Shown here in pieces: positions 38,426 to 47,632 of a DNA stretch of 64,000 nucleotides. The DNA is from Elusimicrobiaceae bacterium. Its GTDB lineage: Bacteria; Elusimicrobiota; Elusimicrobia; Elusimicrobiales; Elusimicrobiaceae. The notes beneath the pieces were generated by a model, which saw only the letters and a program-made list of their open reading frames with translations, was not told where the DNA came from and searched no databases. The number at the start of each line of letters is the position of its first letter. Positions within the stretch are counted from its first letter, which is position 1. The translations under genes and the position numbers were made by a program. The DNA lies in assembly GCA_017525025.1 (NCBI GenBank), contig JAFXUJ010000009.1:51948-115947 (forward strand). Direction: 5' to 3'.

Positions 38426-39571
38426 ATGAGAAAACAGTTGATTTTATTTATTTTAATCTTTGCGTTCGCCGCCGGACCGGCCCGGGCCCAGTGGCAACGG
38501 AGCGGACAAGCTTTGCGGGGGAGTGTGTCTCGCGTTACCTCACTTGCTTCATCCGTGGAAAGGGAAGCCTTACAAACCGCCGGGATAAATGCTTTAACGC
38601 CCACTGTCCCGGCCGGTATATCGCTGGGAAATCCGTTTCTACATGGGATCTTTCAAGCGCGGGAAAATACCATCGGGCCGACAAATCTGTTTTCCGGTAC
38701 GGTATTTCAAACGGAATATAACGGTAGGAAAGAAGTATATATAGCTGTGGCGGCGCATGCTTTAGAATCGGGATCGTATGTGCTTGGCAAAGAGTTTATC
38801 GGGGATGTTTACGTGGGGGATGGGCAATTTAAGCCGGTGCATATGAAAATCGTACAACCTTCCGCGCCGAGTATGCTGGATGTGGCAATTGGAGTGCCGT
38901 TGGAAGGAAGTGAATATTTACGTCCGTTTACCATTAGTAAGAAAAAATTTTCATTGGGGGACGGGGGCATTTCCTATGGGTTTGCCGGGGGAAAAGTAGT
39001 GATTATTCCTCACCGTGATTATGCCTCGCAAACACCGCTTTGTTATCGTACGGCTATGCCTTATCCGCGCGACGATCGTATGGGACTGTGCGGAAGTGCG
39101 CTGCTTAATGAGGAGGGAGAACTGGTGGGTATCCATACGGGTAGTACGCTTAGCGAAATTGAGGAAGAAAAGGATATCGGCCATACGACCAATTCCAAAA
39201 TGTTAAATGTGTTGGTGGACGCTTATCATCATAACGGAGAGGGATTTTTCCCGCTCGTATTGGGTGGACAAAAAGTATTAGATTTGCATGTAACCAGTTA
39301 TATTTCGTTTATTAAGTTGTTTGATTCAAACGGCAAACTGCTGTGGCAACGGGATTTTAAATCTAAATTTGCCTATGACCAAGTAGATCACAAAATAGCC
39401 GTCTTATCTCCGCAATCTATAGAATTTACGGTTCGGCGTGTCCAATGGGATCCGGCCCACCCGGATAAATTGCTTGAAATACGTGGTTCGCGCGATCTTA
39501 CCCGCCGTACCTACCGCTACGATTTCAAAGAGCAGAAAATTGTTTGGGAATCTAGACCAAAAGATAGGTGA
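38426..39571 (+). CDS. Exported chymotrypsin/trypsin-fold peptidase with Cys in place of the catalytic Ser
   Basis: Signal peptide ending ARA-Q; AAH (His 38756), LDVA (Asp 38879), G-L-C-G-S (Cys 39089), VGIH.G (His 39134). Confidence 0.8.
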   Translation: MRKQLILFILIFAFAAGPARAQWQRSGQALRGSVSRVTSLASSVEREALQTAGINALTPTVPAGISLGNPFLHGIFQARENTIGPTNLFSGTVFQTEYNGRKEVYIAVAAHALESGSYVLGKEFIGDVYVGDGQFKPVHMKIVQPSAPSMLDVAIGVPLEGSEYLRPFTISKKKFSLGDGGISYGFAGGKVVIIPHRDYASQTPLCYRTAMPYPRDDRMGLCGSALLNEEGELVGIHTGSTLSEIEEEKDIGHTTNSKMLNVLVDAYHHNGEGFFPLVLGGQKVLDLHVTSYISFIKLFDSNGKLLWQRDFKSKFAYDQVDHKIAVLSPQSIEFTVRRVQWDPAHPDKLLEIRGSRDLTRRTYRYDFKEQKIVWESRPKDR

Positions 39572-39609
39572 GTCATCCTCGTGGGAGCGTTTTTACGGAT
39601 CTGTAAATA

Positions 39610-39640
39610 AAATCCCCCAACCTGAAATTGGGGGATTTAT
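39610..39640. terminator. Bidirectional terminator
   Basis: AAATCCCCCAA / TTGGGGGATTT between convergent genes. Confidence 0.8.
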
Positions 39641-39654
39641 TTATGCTTTACGAA

Positions 39655-40332
39655 CTATTCTACATCAAAGTTAAAATAAGTATCTTTGTACGGCTCATCT
39701 TTTAAAGTAAAGTGCCACCACTCGGAATCAATCCCTTGGAAACCGGCTCTTTCCATCGCGTTGCGTAAAATTTCCCGGTTCTTTTTTTGTTTTTTGGATA
39801 TCTTTTTATAATTGGGGTGGGAAATTTCGGAAAATAAATCAAAGGTTCCTCCCATATCCACAAAAGAACCGTCTTTTTTAATGAGTGTTAAATCTACGGT
39901 GCTTCCCCGCGTATGGCCGGATTTGGCCATAATGTAATTACCGGCGAGTAAGTTGGATTTTTCAAGCGTGGGGTAGAAAGTTTTATCGCCGGGATCGTTG
40001 GGATTATTGATCCACGCTACAAAATCATCTACGGCTTTTTGAGGGCGGTAGGTGTCCCATATAAGTAAGCGGTATCCTTGCCGGCGCAAATCTTCGGCGG
40101 CTTTGGCCAGTGCGCTCAACGCTTTTTTGGTCATATAAGCTTTGGGGGCCTTGTAACCGGCGATGCGGTGCCCCGTGAAATTGTACGAAGAATAATAGCG
40201 GATATCATACACGGCGTCATCAATCACGGTGCTGATTTCGGCAAAATCACTTTTATCGCTGGAAAGGGTATCTGCCCAAACGGGGATGAAACAACTGGCC
40301 AGTACTATATATGCAACAATTATTTTTTTCAT
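39655..40332 (-). CDS. D-alanyl-D-alanine dipeptidase (VanX/DdpX, M15D) with signal peptide
   Basis: DIRYYS..NFTG, WDTYRPQ.AV, SGHTRGSTVDLT, DMG..FD.F, EWWHF. Confidence 0.92.
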   Translation of the reverse strand: MKKIIVAYIVLASCFIPVWADTLSSDKSDFAEISTVIDDAVYDIRYYSSYNFTGHRIAGYKAPKAYMTKKALSALAKAAEDLRRQGYRLLIWDTYRPQKAVDDFVAWINNPNDPGDKTFYPTLEKSNLLAGNYIMAKSGHTRGSTVDLTLIKKDGSFVDMGGTFDLFSEISHPNYKKISKKQKKNREILRNAMERAGFQGIDSEWWHFTLKDEPYKDTYFNFDVE

Positions 40333-40429
40333 GTGATAGGGGCCTCCTGTGAGTATTAATATATCAAAAAAATATCTTGATTACAAACGTAGGACCTAAT
40401 GTGTTAAAATGAAGATAAAAGGAGCCAAT

Positions 40430-41089
40430 ATGAAAAAAATTATCTTTCTGTTTGTTGCGTTGTTTTGCGGCGTGCCGGCCTTTTGTCAAATGGAGCGAGG
40501 ACAACATCTTTTGGGCGGACGTTTGGGCTTGGGGTTTCAATTGGAGAATTCCGGCGTGTCCTATTCTTCGGCCAATAATCGTGTGGATTGGGGCTCGCTC
40601 GGGGCGGAGGGCGGCTTGTCTTATTACTATTTGGTAACGGATAACATCGGTTTGGGGGCGGATGTGTCCTACGGCGATTTTGAAGGCGGTGATTTATTTG
40701 TCTCCAGTGATAAAGTGGATGATAAAACAAAACTTTTTAACGCGATGCTTTCGGCCCGTTTTACGGCTAATCCGACAAATCCGTTCCGGTTGTATATGCC
40801 GGTCGGGATTGGCTTAACGGTGGCCCGGCAAGATATGCGTATTAAAAAAGGCGGAATAGATTTTGCCAAAAAAGCTACGGATACTTCTTTCGCTTGGTTT
40901 ATAGGGGCCGGATTTGAGTTTGACCTGGGCCGAGAAAGCGGTTGGTCCATGGGTTTTGAAACGCGTTATAATACTTTCCGTTACGATACCGAAAAACTTA
41001 CGCGCAATGCCCCCAGCGGCGTGGAAGGGGATGGAAATCGTCGGTTGAGCTATATGTCGTTCCACATGCAGGTTAACAAACGTTTTTGA
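40430..41089 (+). CDS. Outer-membrane beta-barrel protein (OmpW/OmpA-TM-like)
   Basis: Signal peptide, alternating amphipathic strands, C-terminal Phe; SD GGAG before ATG 40430. Confidence 0.82.
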   Translation: MKKIIFLFVALFCGVPAFCQMERGQHLLGGRLGLGFQLENSGVSYSSANNRVDWGSLGAEGGLSYYYLVTDNIGLGADVSYGDFEGGDLFVSSDKVDDKTKLFNAMLSARFTANPTNPFRLYMPVGIGLTVARQDMRIKKGGIDFAKKATDTSFAWFIGAGFEFDLGRESGWSMGFETRYNTFRYDTEKLTRNAPSGVEGDGNRRLSYMSFHMQVNKRF

Positions 41090-41101
41090 TAAACAATTGA
41101 T

Positions 41102-41923
41102 ATGCGGAAAATATTTTTATCATTACTACTTGGCTTGGGGTTTGTTGGTTGTGTAAGTGTACCGGTCGGGCAGAATTTTACTTTGCCGGGAGATCATGGT
41201 AAATTATCTGCGGTATTTCATGTTCCCGCTGACAAAAAAAACTATCCGCTTGTGCTTATTTTGCATGGGTTTAATGCAAATAAAGAAATGGATTTGCTAA
41301 CGGAGCTTTCCCGTCAACTTAACGAGCGCGGTATTGCCACGTTGCTATTTGATTTTAACGGACACGGGGCGAGTGAAGGCTCTTTTTTAGATATGACCAT
41401 TCCCAACGAATTGGAAGACACCCGCCGGGTCTATGCCTATGCGCGCAGATTGCCCGGAGTAACGTCCGTATCTGCCGTGGGGCATTCCCAAGGGGGAGTG
41501 ATCGCGGGGATGTTGGCAGGAGAATTGGGCGAAAAGGGCTTGAAAAGTATTGTGCTCATGTCTCCGGCTCCCGAGTTAAAAGAGGATACGGCTGCCGGCA
41601 ATTTGTTTGGCATTACATACGACCCTAAAAACCCGCCGGAATACATTACGTTATCCAACGGGCTAAAAGTGGGGCGCGCATTCTTGACAACCACCCAGCA
41701 CTTGCCTATTTATGAAGTATCGGCCCGATATACGGGCCCCGTTTTGGTAGTGCACAGCCAAGATGACCAGTTGGTACCTTATCGTTACGGGGTGGAGTAT
41801 AGCCGCGTATTTCCGCAGGCCCGACTTGAAACGGTCCACGGGTTTGACCATAATTTTACCCAAGATATTACGGCAGTGGATAAAATCGTCGCGGAATTTT
41901 TTGACAAGCAATTAAACAAATAG
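41102..41923 (+). CDS. Alpha/beta hydrolase lipoprotein
   Basis: Lipobox FVGC, LHGF, FDFNGHG.S.G, GHSQG nucleophile elbow, D...VP and DH.F. Confidence 0.9.
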   Translation: MRKIFLSLLLGLGFVGCVSVPVGQNFTLPGDHGKLSAVFHVPADKKNYPLVLILHGFNANKEMDLLTELSRQLNERGIATLLFDFNGHGASEGSFLDMTIPNELEDTRRVYAYARRLPGVTSVSAVGHSQGGVIAGMLAGELGEKGLKSIVLMSPAPELKEDTAAGNLFGITYDPKNPPEYITLSNGLKVGRAFLTTTQHLPIYEVSARYTGPVLVVHSQDDQLVPYRYGVEYSRVFPQARLETVHGFDHNFTQDITAVDKIVAEFFDKQLNK

Positions 41924-41940
41924 TGCCCGTTATGAATTGC

Positions 41941-41968
41941 TTGCCAAGCATTGTGATTTATGTATAAT
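41941..41968 (+). promoter_or_regulatory. Sigma70-type promoter for the small ORF
   Basis: TTGCCA - 16 bp - TATAAT. Confidence 0.55.
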
Positions 41969-42006
41969 GGGGTTATGGAGTGCTACTTCAAAATAAGGAG
42001 CGTATT

Positions 42007-42075
42007 ATGAGAACCATTATCTATTGGATTGGGCTGATTGTAGTAGTTGTATTTTTGTGGAGATTCTTTTTCTAA
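42007..42075 (+). CDS. Small hydrophobic peptide, 22 aa (MRTIIYWIGLIVVVVFLWRFFF), absent from the ORF track
   Basis: SD AAGGAG 6 nt upstream of ATG 42007, TAA at 42073-42075, promoter upstream, terminator downstream. Confidence 0.65.
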   Translation: MRTIIYWIGLIVVVVFLWRFFF

Positions 42076-42102
42076 CATGTAAATTCCAAATTTTATGTGT
42101 TG

Positions 42103-42132
42103 AATCCCTCGGGTTAGCCCCGGGGGATTTTT
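42103..42132. terminator. Terminator between the small ORF and the convergent DUF3795 gene
   Basis: AATCCCTCGGG / CCCGGGGGATT stem with one G-U pair, then T-tract. Confidence 0.75.
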
Positions 42133-42170
42133 ATCGGTTGAACGGTGCCAACGAGGGGGGAGACCGTCGG

Positions 42171-42500
42171 CTATTTTAAATTTTTCAGCGCATTTGGGTT
42201 GTGTTTGTGTATTTCCGCCACGGTTGGGCAGGTCGTCAATTGTTCGCATTGTCCGCATGTTTCAACGCCTTTGCGTTGGGCGCATTGGCGGACTTTGCAC
42301 AGGTGGTTGCAAAAAAATGTTTTTATGCCTTTTGTACGGCAACCGGTGCAATTGATCATTTCCGGGGTGATGACGGTGTTATTTAACCGGCTCCATAACT
42401 CGGCGGTTTTCTTTCTTAACGCATTGTCATTATGCAGGGTGGCTCGGTAAGCATCACACGATTCGCAATCTAATCCGCAATAAGCAATTAAGTGTTTCAT
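42171..42500 (-). CDS. DUF3795 family Cys-rich protein
   Basis: [26 protein letters not shown].....C. Confidence 0.85.
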   Translation of the reverse strand: MKHLIAYCGLDCESCDAYRATLHNDNALRKKTAELWSRLNNTVITPEMINCTGCRTKGIKTFFCNHLCKVRQCAQRKGVETCGQCEQLTTCPTVAEIHKHNPNALKNLK

Positions 42501-43012
42501 ACGGGCTTTTCCAATAATGTCTCATAAATCTTTTTATCTTCCGCACCGAAGCAAACAAAGATAATCTCCTTCACAGTTTTAAGGGATATCTGTTTTACCG
42601 CACGGAGCGCAATTTGCGCCGCTTGCTCCTTAGGGAAGCGGTATACTCCCGTGGAAATACACGGAAACGCCACCGTTTTGCACGCGTGTTCTTCTGCTAA
42701 TTTAAGGGAATTTACATAGCAATTTTTTAAAAGCTCTTTTTCATTATGTGTACCGCCATACCACACAGGGCCTACTGTGTGAATCACGTATGTGCAAGGC
42801 AGGCGGTAAGCGGCCGTTATTTTAGCTTCTCCCGTTTGACAGCCTCCCAACGTGCGGCATTCTGCAAGTAACTCCGGCCCGGCGGCGCGGTGGATGGCTC
42901 CGTCCACGCCTCCGCCGCCCAAAAGCGTGTGATTGGCGGCGTTTACGATAGCGTCTACGTTGAGTCTTGTGATATCGCCTTGTATAATAGTTAATTGGGG
43001 CATGGGTATCAT
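42497..43012 (-). CDS. Macro domain O-acetyl-ADP-ribose deacetylase (YmdB-like)
   Basis: [47 protein letters not shown]. Confidence 0.94.
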   Translation of the reverse strand: MIPMPQLTIIQGDITRLNVDAIVNAANHTLLGGGGVDGAIHRAAGPELLAECRTLGGCQTGEAKITAAYRLPCTYVIHTVGPVWYGGTHNEKELLKNCYVNSLKLAEEHACKTVAFPCISTGVYRFPKEQAAQIALRAVKQISLKTVKEIIFVCFGAEDKKIYETLLEKPV

Positions 43013-44265
43013 TAAAGCCGGCCTTTAAATTCAAAGCCCAACGCCTCTACCGCCGATTTGATTTCTTCGTCGGTCGGGTTTCCTTTGACACAGGCAATGC
43101 CTTCACTTAAATTGACGGTTACTTCTTTTACGGATTTGAGATTGCTTATGGCCCGGGTGGCATTGTTTTTGCAGTTATTGCAGCGCATGCCGTTGATTTT
43201 AAAAGAGATGGTTTCTTTATTATTATTTCTGCTTGAAGCCGGCTCTTTTTCGTGTTTTTTAAATAATATAACATTGGCAAAAAGAGCAAGCAAGATACAG
43301 GAACAGACTATTTTGAAATATCCAAAATGGCCGCCGTGGTGCGTGGCAGTGGCGAAGTTGGATACGTCAAACCAACCTGCAGGTAAAAAATTGTCTATAA
43401 TCAGCCCGGCCGATATAGCGCCGATTACCAAGGTGGCCAAATAAAGCGCAAATGTTTTTTTACCCAATACTTTTCCTATGACTAACATGGAAGCGATATT
43501 GGCAGCCGGACCCGCCATCAGTAAAACAAGAGCCGTTCCCGGGCTCATGCCTTTCATCATAAGGGCAATGGCTATAGGGATAGAGCCCGTCGCGCATACG
43601 TACATAGGTATGGCCACTAATAAAACGAGCATCATAGTCAAAAGGGTGTTATTGCCAAACATTGTAAAGAAATTATCCGGTACAAAATAGGCAATTAAGC
43701 CGGCAATCAGTAAACCCAGTAAGAGCATTTTACCGATGTCTTCCATCATCTCCACATAACCGTACTGAAACACTCCTTTTAATTTTTGCACAAAAGAAAG
43801 ATTTTGTTCCGGTTTGTTTTCTGCGTGCCGGGATTTCGTAGAGGGGGTATCTTTTGAAGTAAAAAAGTTGGTTACCAGGCCGGCAAACAGAGCCGTAAGT
43901 AAGGCCACTATCGGGCGGATAACCGCAAACGGCAAGCCCAGTAAGGAATACGTAGCAATAATAGAATCCACACCCGTTTGGGGGGTGGCTATCAAAAAAG
44001 AAATAACGGAACCTTTGGAAGCGCCCTCTTTGTATAGAGCCATGGCTGTGGGAATTACTCCGCAAGAGCACAGCGGTAAGGGAATACCAAATAGCGTGGC
44101 GTAAAAGACCGACAGCCAATTGTTTTTTGATAAATATTTGGAAAATAAGTGTTGCGGTACTAATACGTGCAAAATGCCGGCGAATAAAAAACCCAGTAAT
44201 AAGTAGGGCGACATGACATTAAATATGGCAAAAACAGTAAGAGCTATTTCCTTTATAATATCCAC
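43012..44265 (-). CDS. Permease (DUF318/SO_0444-like) with C-terminal HMA domain; putative heavy-metal efflux
   Basis: [32 protein letters not shown]-terminal GMRCNNC HMA motif. Confidence 0.88.
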   Translation of the reverse strand: MDIIKEIALTVFAIFNVMSPYLLLGFLFAGILHVLVPQHLFSKYLSKNNWLSVFYATLFGIPLPLCSCGVIPTAMALYKEGASKGSVISFLIATPQTGVDSIIATYSLLGLPFAVIRPIVALLTALFAGLVTNFFTSKDTPSTKSRHAENKPEQNLSFVQKLKGVFQYGYVEMMEDIGKMLLLGLLIAGLIAYFVPDNFFTMFGNNTLLTMMLVLLVAIPMYVCATGSIPIAIALMMKGMSPGTALVLLMAGPAANIASMLVIGKVLGKKTFALYLATLVIGAISAGLIIDNFLPAGWFDVSNFATATHHGGHFGYFKIVCSCILLALFANVILFKKHEKEPASSRNNNKETISFKINGMRCNNCKNNATRAISNLKSVKEVTVNLSEGIACVKGNPTDEEIKSAVEALGFEFKGRL

Positions 44266-44280
44266 GGGTAGACCTCCTGA

Positions 44281-45021
44281 TTATGCCCACTGACACTTAA
44301 CGGTACATAATTCTTCTTGCGTTTGAGTATGGAGGAGTGCGTGCAGGGTGGTGTGCTCGTCTAATTTTTGAACTTTACAAGTCAGTTGCTCGCCGCATTT
44401 GATTTCTTTTTTAAACACAATATCTATATTTTTCAGTTTCTTTTCGTGTTTCCACTCGTATGGCAAGGGTTCTAAGGCCCAAACAATATAATTGCCGTTG
44501 TTTGCGTGCATGTTGATATCAATATCATTGTAGCGCACTTTAAAAGTTTCCTCGTAATCCGTTTGCGTCAAAGGAGGAATTTTGCTGAATTTTAAATCTG
44601 TTTCGTTGGGTACAAATTTAATCATGTTGGGATTATCTTTCAGCACGTCGGCCACATGGGCAATATCCAAGGTTTGGCTGTTCACTAAGGCCCATACGCT
44701 GGAGGCCCGACCGCATAATTCCCCGCCGGCATACACTTCAAAATCCCGGTAGGCAAATAACCGGTTGTAGCCGCGGGGCTGGGTTTTAATGGTCAATTGG
44801 TCGGCATGGGTGGGATACTGGGTAAATTCAATACGATATTTTAAAAGTACCCACATCAAATTTTGCGGGTAGATGGTAGAATAACCAAAGCCTAACTGTT
44901 CGGCACTTTCGGCGGCCATATCTTGAAAAAAGTTAAGTAAAGCAAAAGGTTTTAATCGCGCATTACATTCGATATCGGAATAGCGGACGTGAATTTTTCT
45001 CTCTAAGGTTAAATTTTGCAT
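44281..45021 (-). CDS. Acyl-ACP thioesterase
   Basis: VRYSDI, FQD.A, W.L....I....YP, F.VRY.DID.NMH.NN..Y..W. Confidence 0.9.
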   Translation of the reverse strand: MQNLTLERKIHVRYSDIECNARLKPFALLNFFQDMAAESAEQLGFGYSTIYPQNLMWVLLKYRIEFTQYPTHADQLTIKTQPRGYNRLFAYRDFEVYAGGELCGRASSVWALVNSQTLDIAHVADVLKDNPNMIKFVPNETDLKFSKIPPLTQTDYEETFKVRYNDIDINMHANNGNYIVWALEPLPYEWKHEKKLKNIDIVFKKEIKCGEQLTCKVQKLDEHTTLHALLHTQTQEELCTVKCQWA

Positions 45022-45112
45022 AGAATCCTCCCTTATAAATAGTATAGCAAAAAGATCTTTCTAACCACTAGCTACGGAATATGTAAACGAACGCAACTTG
45101 AAAAATTGTTAC

Positions 45113-45143
45113 TTGACTTAGAGTTTACTCCAACTGCTACAAT
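45113..45143 (+). promoter_or_regulatory. MerR-type promoter/operator (copy 1)
   Basis: TTGACT - 19 bp - TACAAT with dyad TTAGAGT-TT-ACTCCAA in the spacer, directly upstream of the merR-family gene. Confidence 0.85.
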
Positions 45144-45160
45144 ATTTTGTAGGAGGAATT

Positions 45161-45538
45161 ATGACTATTTCCCAAGTCAGTAAACGTTGTAACATTTCGC
45201 CCGACACCTTGCGCTATTATGAAAAAGAAGGGCTTCTATCGGGCGTGGGCCGGACCGAGGGCGGCGTGCGTAATTATACCGAGCAAGATTGTAAACAAAT
45301 AGAGTTTATTAAATGCATGCGCGGGGCCGGGTTATCCGTAGCGGTTTTAAAACAGTATTTTGAACTCTTTAAGCGTGGCAAACGTACACTTAAGGCGCGT
45401 CGTGACTTGCTGGCCACAGAGCGGAAATCTTTGCAAGTGCGTTTGACGGAACTGCAAAATACACTTAGCCGTCTGGATTACAAAATTTCCGTCTATGATA
45501 AGGCCCTTAAATCTAAAACAAAAGAACTTAAATTCTAG
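45161..45538 (+). CDS. MerR family transcriptional regulator (AdhR-like)
   Basis: MTISQVS......DTLRYYEK.GL......GG.R.Y......FIKCMR.AGLS. Confidence 0.93.
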   Translation: MTISQVSKRCNISPDTLRYYEKEGLLSGVGRTEGGVRNYTEQDCKQIEFIKCMRGAGLSVAVLKQYFELFKRGKRTLKARRDLLATERKSLQVRLTELQNTLSRLDYKISVYDKALKSKTKELKF

Positions 45539-45546
45539 GAGAGTAT

Positions 45547-46161
45547 ATGGTTAAAAAGATACTGATTTTCTTGCTTGTGTTGGCAGCGATTGGAGGTGTT
45601 TGCGCCCTTGTGCATCAGTTAAAAGTTGCTTATAAGAATAAAAAAGAATTGGCCGCTTTTGCACAGGCGGAAACGTATACCGCCAATTTGGGCAAAGTAC
45701 TTGTTGTTTATTATTCTTGGACGGGACATACGCAAGATATTGCCGAGCAAATCGCGGCCCTTACAAAGGGTGATACATACCGCATCCAAACGCAGGAAGA
45801 ATTCAAATCTTCCCCGGCTTTCTACGCGCGGATCAAAAAAGAATTGGGGAATAAAATATATCCGCCTTTGGAGGGAGCTCTGCCGGACATAAGCCAATAT
45901 GATACCGTTTTCGTGGGCGGACCCGTATGGTGGTACACAATGGCTACCCCGCTCTATTCCTTTTTGGGACAAGTAGATTTTAAGGGGAAAAAGGTAATTC
46001 CGTTCTCTACCCAAGGTAGCAACCCGGGGACTTTCTTGGAGGATTTTACTGCCAGTGCCCAAAATGCGCCAGTGGGTACATATGCCAATTTTAATAACGT
46101 AGGCGAGCAATATAAGCAGGCGGTACACAACAAAATCGTGCATTGGCTGAATAATTTATAA
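45547..46161 (+). CDS. Flavodoxin with N-terminal signal/anchor
   Basis: Hydrophobic N-terminus, YYSWTGHT, GGPVWWY, F.T.GS. Confidence 0.85.
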   Translation: MVKKILIFLLVLAAIGGVCALVHQLKVAYKNKKELAAFAQAETYTANLGKVLVVYYSWTGHTQDIAEQIAALTKGDTYRIQTQEEFKSSPAFYARIKKELGNKIYPPLEGALPDISQYDTVFVGGPVWWYTMATPLYSFLGQVDFKGKKVIPFSTQGSNPGTFLEDFTASAQNAPVGTYANFNNVGEQYKQAVHNKIVHWLNNL

Positions 46162-46173
46162 AGGAGATTAACG

Positions 46174-46650
46174 ATGACAAAAACACTCGTAACTTATTTT
46201 AGTGCCAGCGGGGTAACTGCAGAACTAGCCAAACGCTTGGCAAAGGCAGTAAATGCAGATGTATTTGAGATCCGTCCGCAACAACCTTATACGGATGCGG
46301 ATCTTAACTGGATGGATAAGAATAGCCGCAGTACGTTAGAGATGAAAGATTTGTCTTGCCGCCCTGCTATGGTACTGCCTGTACCCGACATGCAAAAATA
46401 TGACGTAGTTTTTGTGGGGTTCCCAGTGTGGTGGTACAGAGAGCCGAGCATTATTGATACTTTTATGGAAGCGTGTAAATGGAACGGACAAAAAGTGATT
46501 CCTTTTGCTACTTCCGGTACAAGCGGTATTGGGGATTCTGGTAAAAATATGCAAAAACTCGCTCCATCTACTACCGTAGAAGCAGGGAAACGGCTGGATG
46601 CAAATACGTCCGAAAGTGCACTTACTGACTGGGCTCAAAAATATTTATAA
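46174..46650 (+). CDS. Flavodoxin
   Basis: YFSASGVT, PYT.ADLNW....SRS..EM, GFPVWWY, PFATSG.SG.G. Confidence 0.92.
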   Translation: MTKTLVTYFSASGVTAELAKRLAKAVNADVFEIRPQQPYTDADLNWMDKNSRSTLEMKDLSCRPAMVLPVPDMQKYDVVFVGFPVWWYREPSIIDTFMEACKWNGQKVIPFATSGTSGIGDSGKNMQKLAPSTTVEAGKRLDANTSESALTDWAQKYL

Positions 46651-46659
46651 GGAGAGAAT

Positions 46660-47607
46660 ATGAAGAAACTACTCACAGTATTACTGGGTGCTTTGGTACT
46701 AGTTGCTTGCCAAGCCACGCCCAAACAAGAAGTATCCGCCAACAAACCCGTGGTGTATTTTACGCGGGATATCAGCCCCGAGGGGTTAGTGAAAATCTAT
46801 GATAAAATTTCCGCTAATATTGGCGGTAAAGTGGCTATTAAATTCCACACCGGCGAACCGCACGGCCCGAATATTTTGCCTGTGCCTATGGTAAAAGCTT
46901 TGTGGGAACATATCCCCAACAGTACACTTGTGGAAACGAACGTGTTTTATGATTCCCCGCGCCAAACTACCGAAGGCCACCGCGAAACGTTAAAAATAAA
47001 CGGTTGGACGTTTTGTAAAGTAGATATTTTAGATGAAGACGGGGCCGTTATGCTCCCGGTAAAAGGCGGAAAACACTTTAAAGAAATGTCCATGGGGAGC
47101 CATGTATTAAATTACGATTCTCTAGTGGTGCTTACACACTTTAAGGGACATACCATGGGGGGATATGGCGGCAGTATGAAAAATATCGCTATCGGCATGG
47201 CAGATGGAAAAATCGGTAAAAAAATGATCCACCAAAAAGGCGATCAGCAATGGGGTTATACAGGGGCCCGTTTCCAAGAGAATATGGCGGAATCTGCCAA
47301 GGCTACCGTGGACCATTTCGGCAAGAAAATTGTATACATTAACGTGTTGCGCCGGATGTCTGTTGATTGTGATTGCGCGGGCACTTCCGCCGCCGAACCC
47401 AAAGCACACGATATCGGTATTTTGGCCTCTACAGATTTAATGGCCGTAGACCAAGCGTCTTTGGACCAAGTATATTCCTTGCCGGAACACGAAGGGCATG
47501 ACTTAAAAGAACGCATTGAATCACGCGAAGGATTGCGCCAAATTTCCTATATGAAGGAATTAGGTATGGGAACCGGCGAATATACGTTGGTGGATATTGA
47601 TAAATAA
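46660..47607 (+). CDS. DUF362 domain lipoprotein (Fe-S protein family)
   Basis: Lipobox LVAC, KVAIK.HTGE, HFKGH.MGG.GG.MKN..IG, DCDC, D..AVDQA..D. Confidence 0.85.
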   Translation: MKKLLTVLLGALVLVACQATPKQEVSANKPVVYFTRDISPEGLVKIYDKISANIGGKVAIKFHTGEPHGPNILPVPMVKALWEHIPNSTLVETNVFYDSPRQTTEGHRETLKINGWTFCKVDILDEDGAVMLPVKGGKHFKEMSMGSHVLNYDSLVVLTHFKGHTMGGYGGSMKNIAIGMADGKIGKKMIHQKGDQQWGYTGARFQENMAESAKATVDHFGKKIVYINVLRRMSVDCDCAGTSAAEPKAHDIGILASTDLMAVDQASLDQVYSLPEHEGHDLKERIESREGLRQISYMKELGMGTGEYTLVDIDK

Positions 47608-47632
47608 CCCTTTGAATTAAACAGGAGAGATT

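Noticed and set aside
39655-40332. Vancomycin resistance cluster
   Set aside because: Only a VanX-family gene; no vanA/B ligase, vanH or vanRS
41983-42258. 91-aa minus-strand ORF from the track
   Set aside because: No SD or motif; it overlaps DUF3795, a terminator and the better-supported plus-strand small ORF
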